Shown here: positions 31,750-32,000 of the stretch, piece by piece | How positions within the stretch are numbered: position 1 is the stretch's first letter | Layout of the letters: each line of letters starts with the position of its first letter | Assembly (NCBI RefSeq): GCF_000007185.1 | Contig: NC_003551.1 | Span: 1-32,000, forward strand | Direction of reading: 5' to 3' | DNA: 32,000 nucleotides | From: Methanopyrus kandleri AV19 | Lineage (GTDB): Archaea; JAADCQ01; Methanopyri; Methanopyrales; Methanopyraceae | Program-made: the position numbers and the translations under genes | The notes under the pieces: generated by a model | What the model was told of the DNA's origin: nothing | What the model saw: only the letters and a program-made list of their open reading frames with translations | Databases searched by the model: none

Positions 31750-32000
31750 AGGATACATAGAAGTACTTCCTGAAACGTTGGACGATCTGTGGCACTTATA
31801 CCATGTTGTCAGGAAGGGCGATCTAGTATTCGCACTGGAAAGACGACGGGTTAAAGATGAGAGGGCTGAAACTATTAGGAGAGATAAAGGAGAACGCAAA
31901 CCGGTTTACCTAGGAGTCCGAGTAGAAGATGTAGAGTTTGACAAATACGCGAACAGATTGCGAATCAAAGGTGTAATAGAGCACGGTCCCGAGTCTGGAT
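31721..32000 (+). CDS. pelA: Pelota (Dom34 homologue), 5' partial, runs off the right edge
   Basis: Not in the track because there is no stop. Manual translation from ATG 31721: MKVVEKDLDKGYIEVLPETLDDLWHLYHVVRKGDLVFALERRRVKDERAETIRRDKGERKPVYLGVRVEDVEFDKYANRLRIKGVIEHGPESG. This is the classic pelota N-terminal domain. It overlaps the HD gene by 29 nt. Confidence 0.88.
   Translation, partial: MKVVEKDLDKGYIEVLPETLDDLWHLYHVVRKGDLVFALERRRVKDERAETIRRDKGERKPVYLGVRVEDVEFDKYANRLRIKGVIEHGPESG

Noticed and set aside
1-32000. Defence islands, CRISPR arrays, transposases, integrases, prophage or toxin-antitoxin pairs
   Set aside because: No repeat-spacer structure, no recombinase, transposase or nuclease-type ORFs, and no terminal inverted repeats were seen. 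Apart from the intein, the window looks like core chromosome.

Overview
This is a high-GC, very tightly packed archaeal chromosome segment. I see about 46 protein-coding genes and no rRNA, tRNA, CRISPR array or IS/transposase. The gene content and sequences I recognise from memory point to Methanopyrus kandleri or a very close relative. Those are Hmd, Mtd, the UPF0254/HcgF protein, an intein-bearing RFC small subunit, and generally very acidic proteins. This is an inference; no search was run.

Layout:
1. 1-8712: rtcA, hsp20, a NOG1-type GTPase, stalk protein P1, and a minus-strand AAA+ trio of TIP49/RuvB-like, RFC small subunit (305-codon intein) and RFC large subunit.
2. 8796-10450: a DsrE-like protein and a surface-anchored protein with a GATase-1-like Cys/His motif.
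3. 10400-18263: a complete [Fe]-hydrogenase island, ordered hcgE, mtd, hcgF, hmd, hcgC, hcgD, hcgA, hcgG, hcgB.
4. 18347-19685: a U32-like protein with two Cys clusters plus a small Cys-motif protein directly behind hcgB. A 174-nt convergent spacer full of GC hairpins follows.
5. 19860-31168: an 11.3-kb all-minus block. It fuses the tail of the ribosomal spc-like cluster (L19e-L18-S5-L30-L15-secY-adk-DUF106-L34e-cmk) with mtnP, a ZPR1-type Zn finger, 2-phosphoglycerate kinase, SepF, a DUF1611 protein and a small GTPase.
6. 31183-32000: an HD hydrolase and the 5' part of pelota.

I found no clearly novel system. The Hmd/Hcg system is already described. The best leads are the uncharacterised U32-like/Cys-protein pair attached to the hcg operon, the surface GATase-like protein, the hairpin-rich spacer, and several tightly coupled hypothetical genes.

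Limits: all function calls rest on motif recognition by eye. Start codons are often GTG/TTG and several are uncertain.
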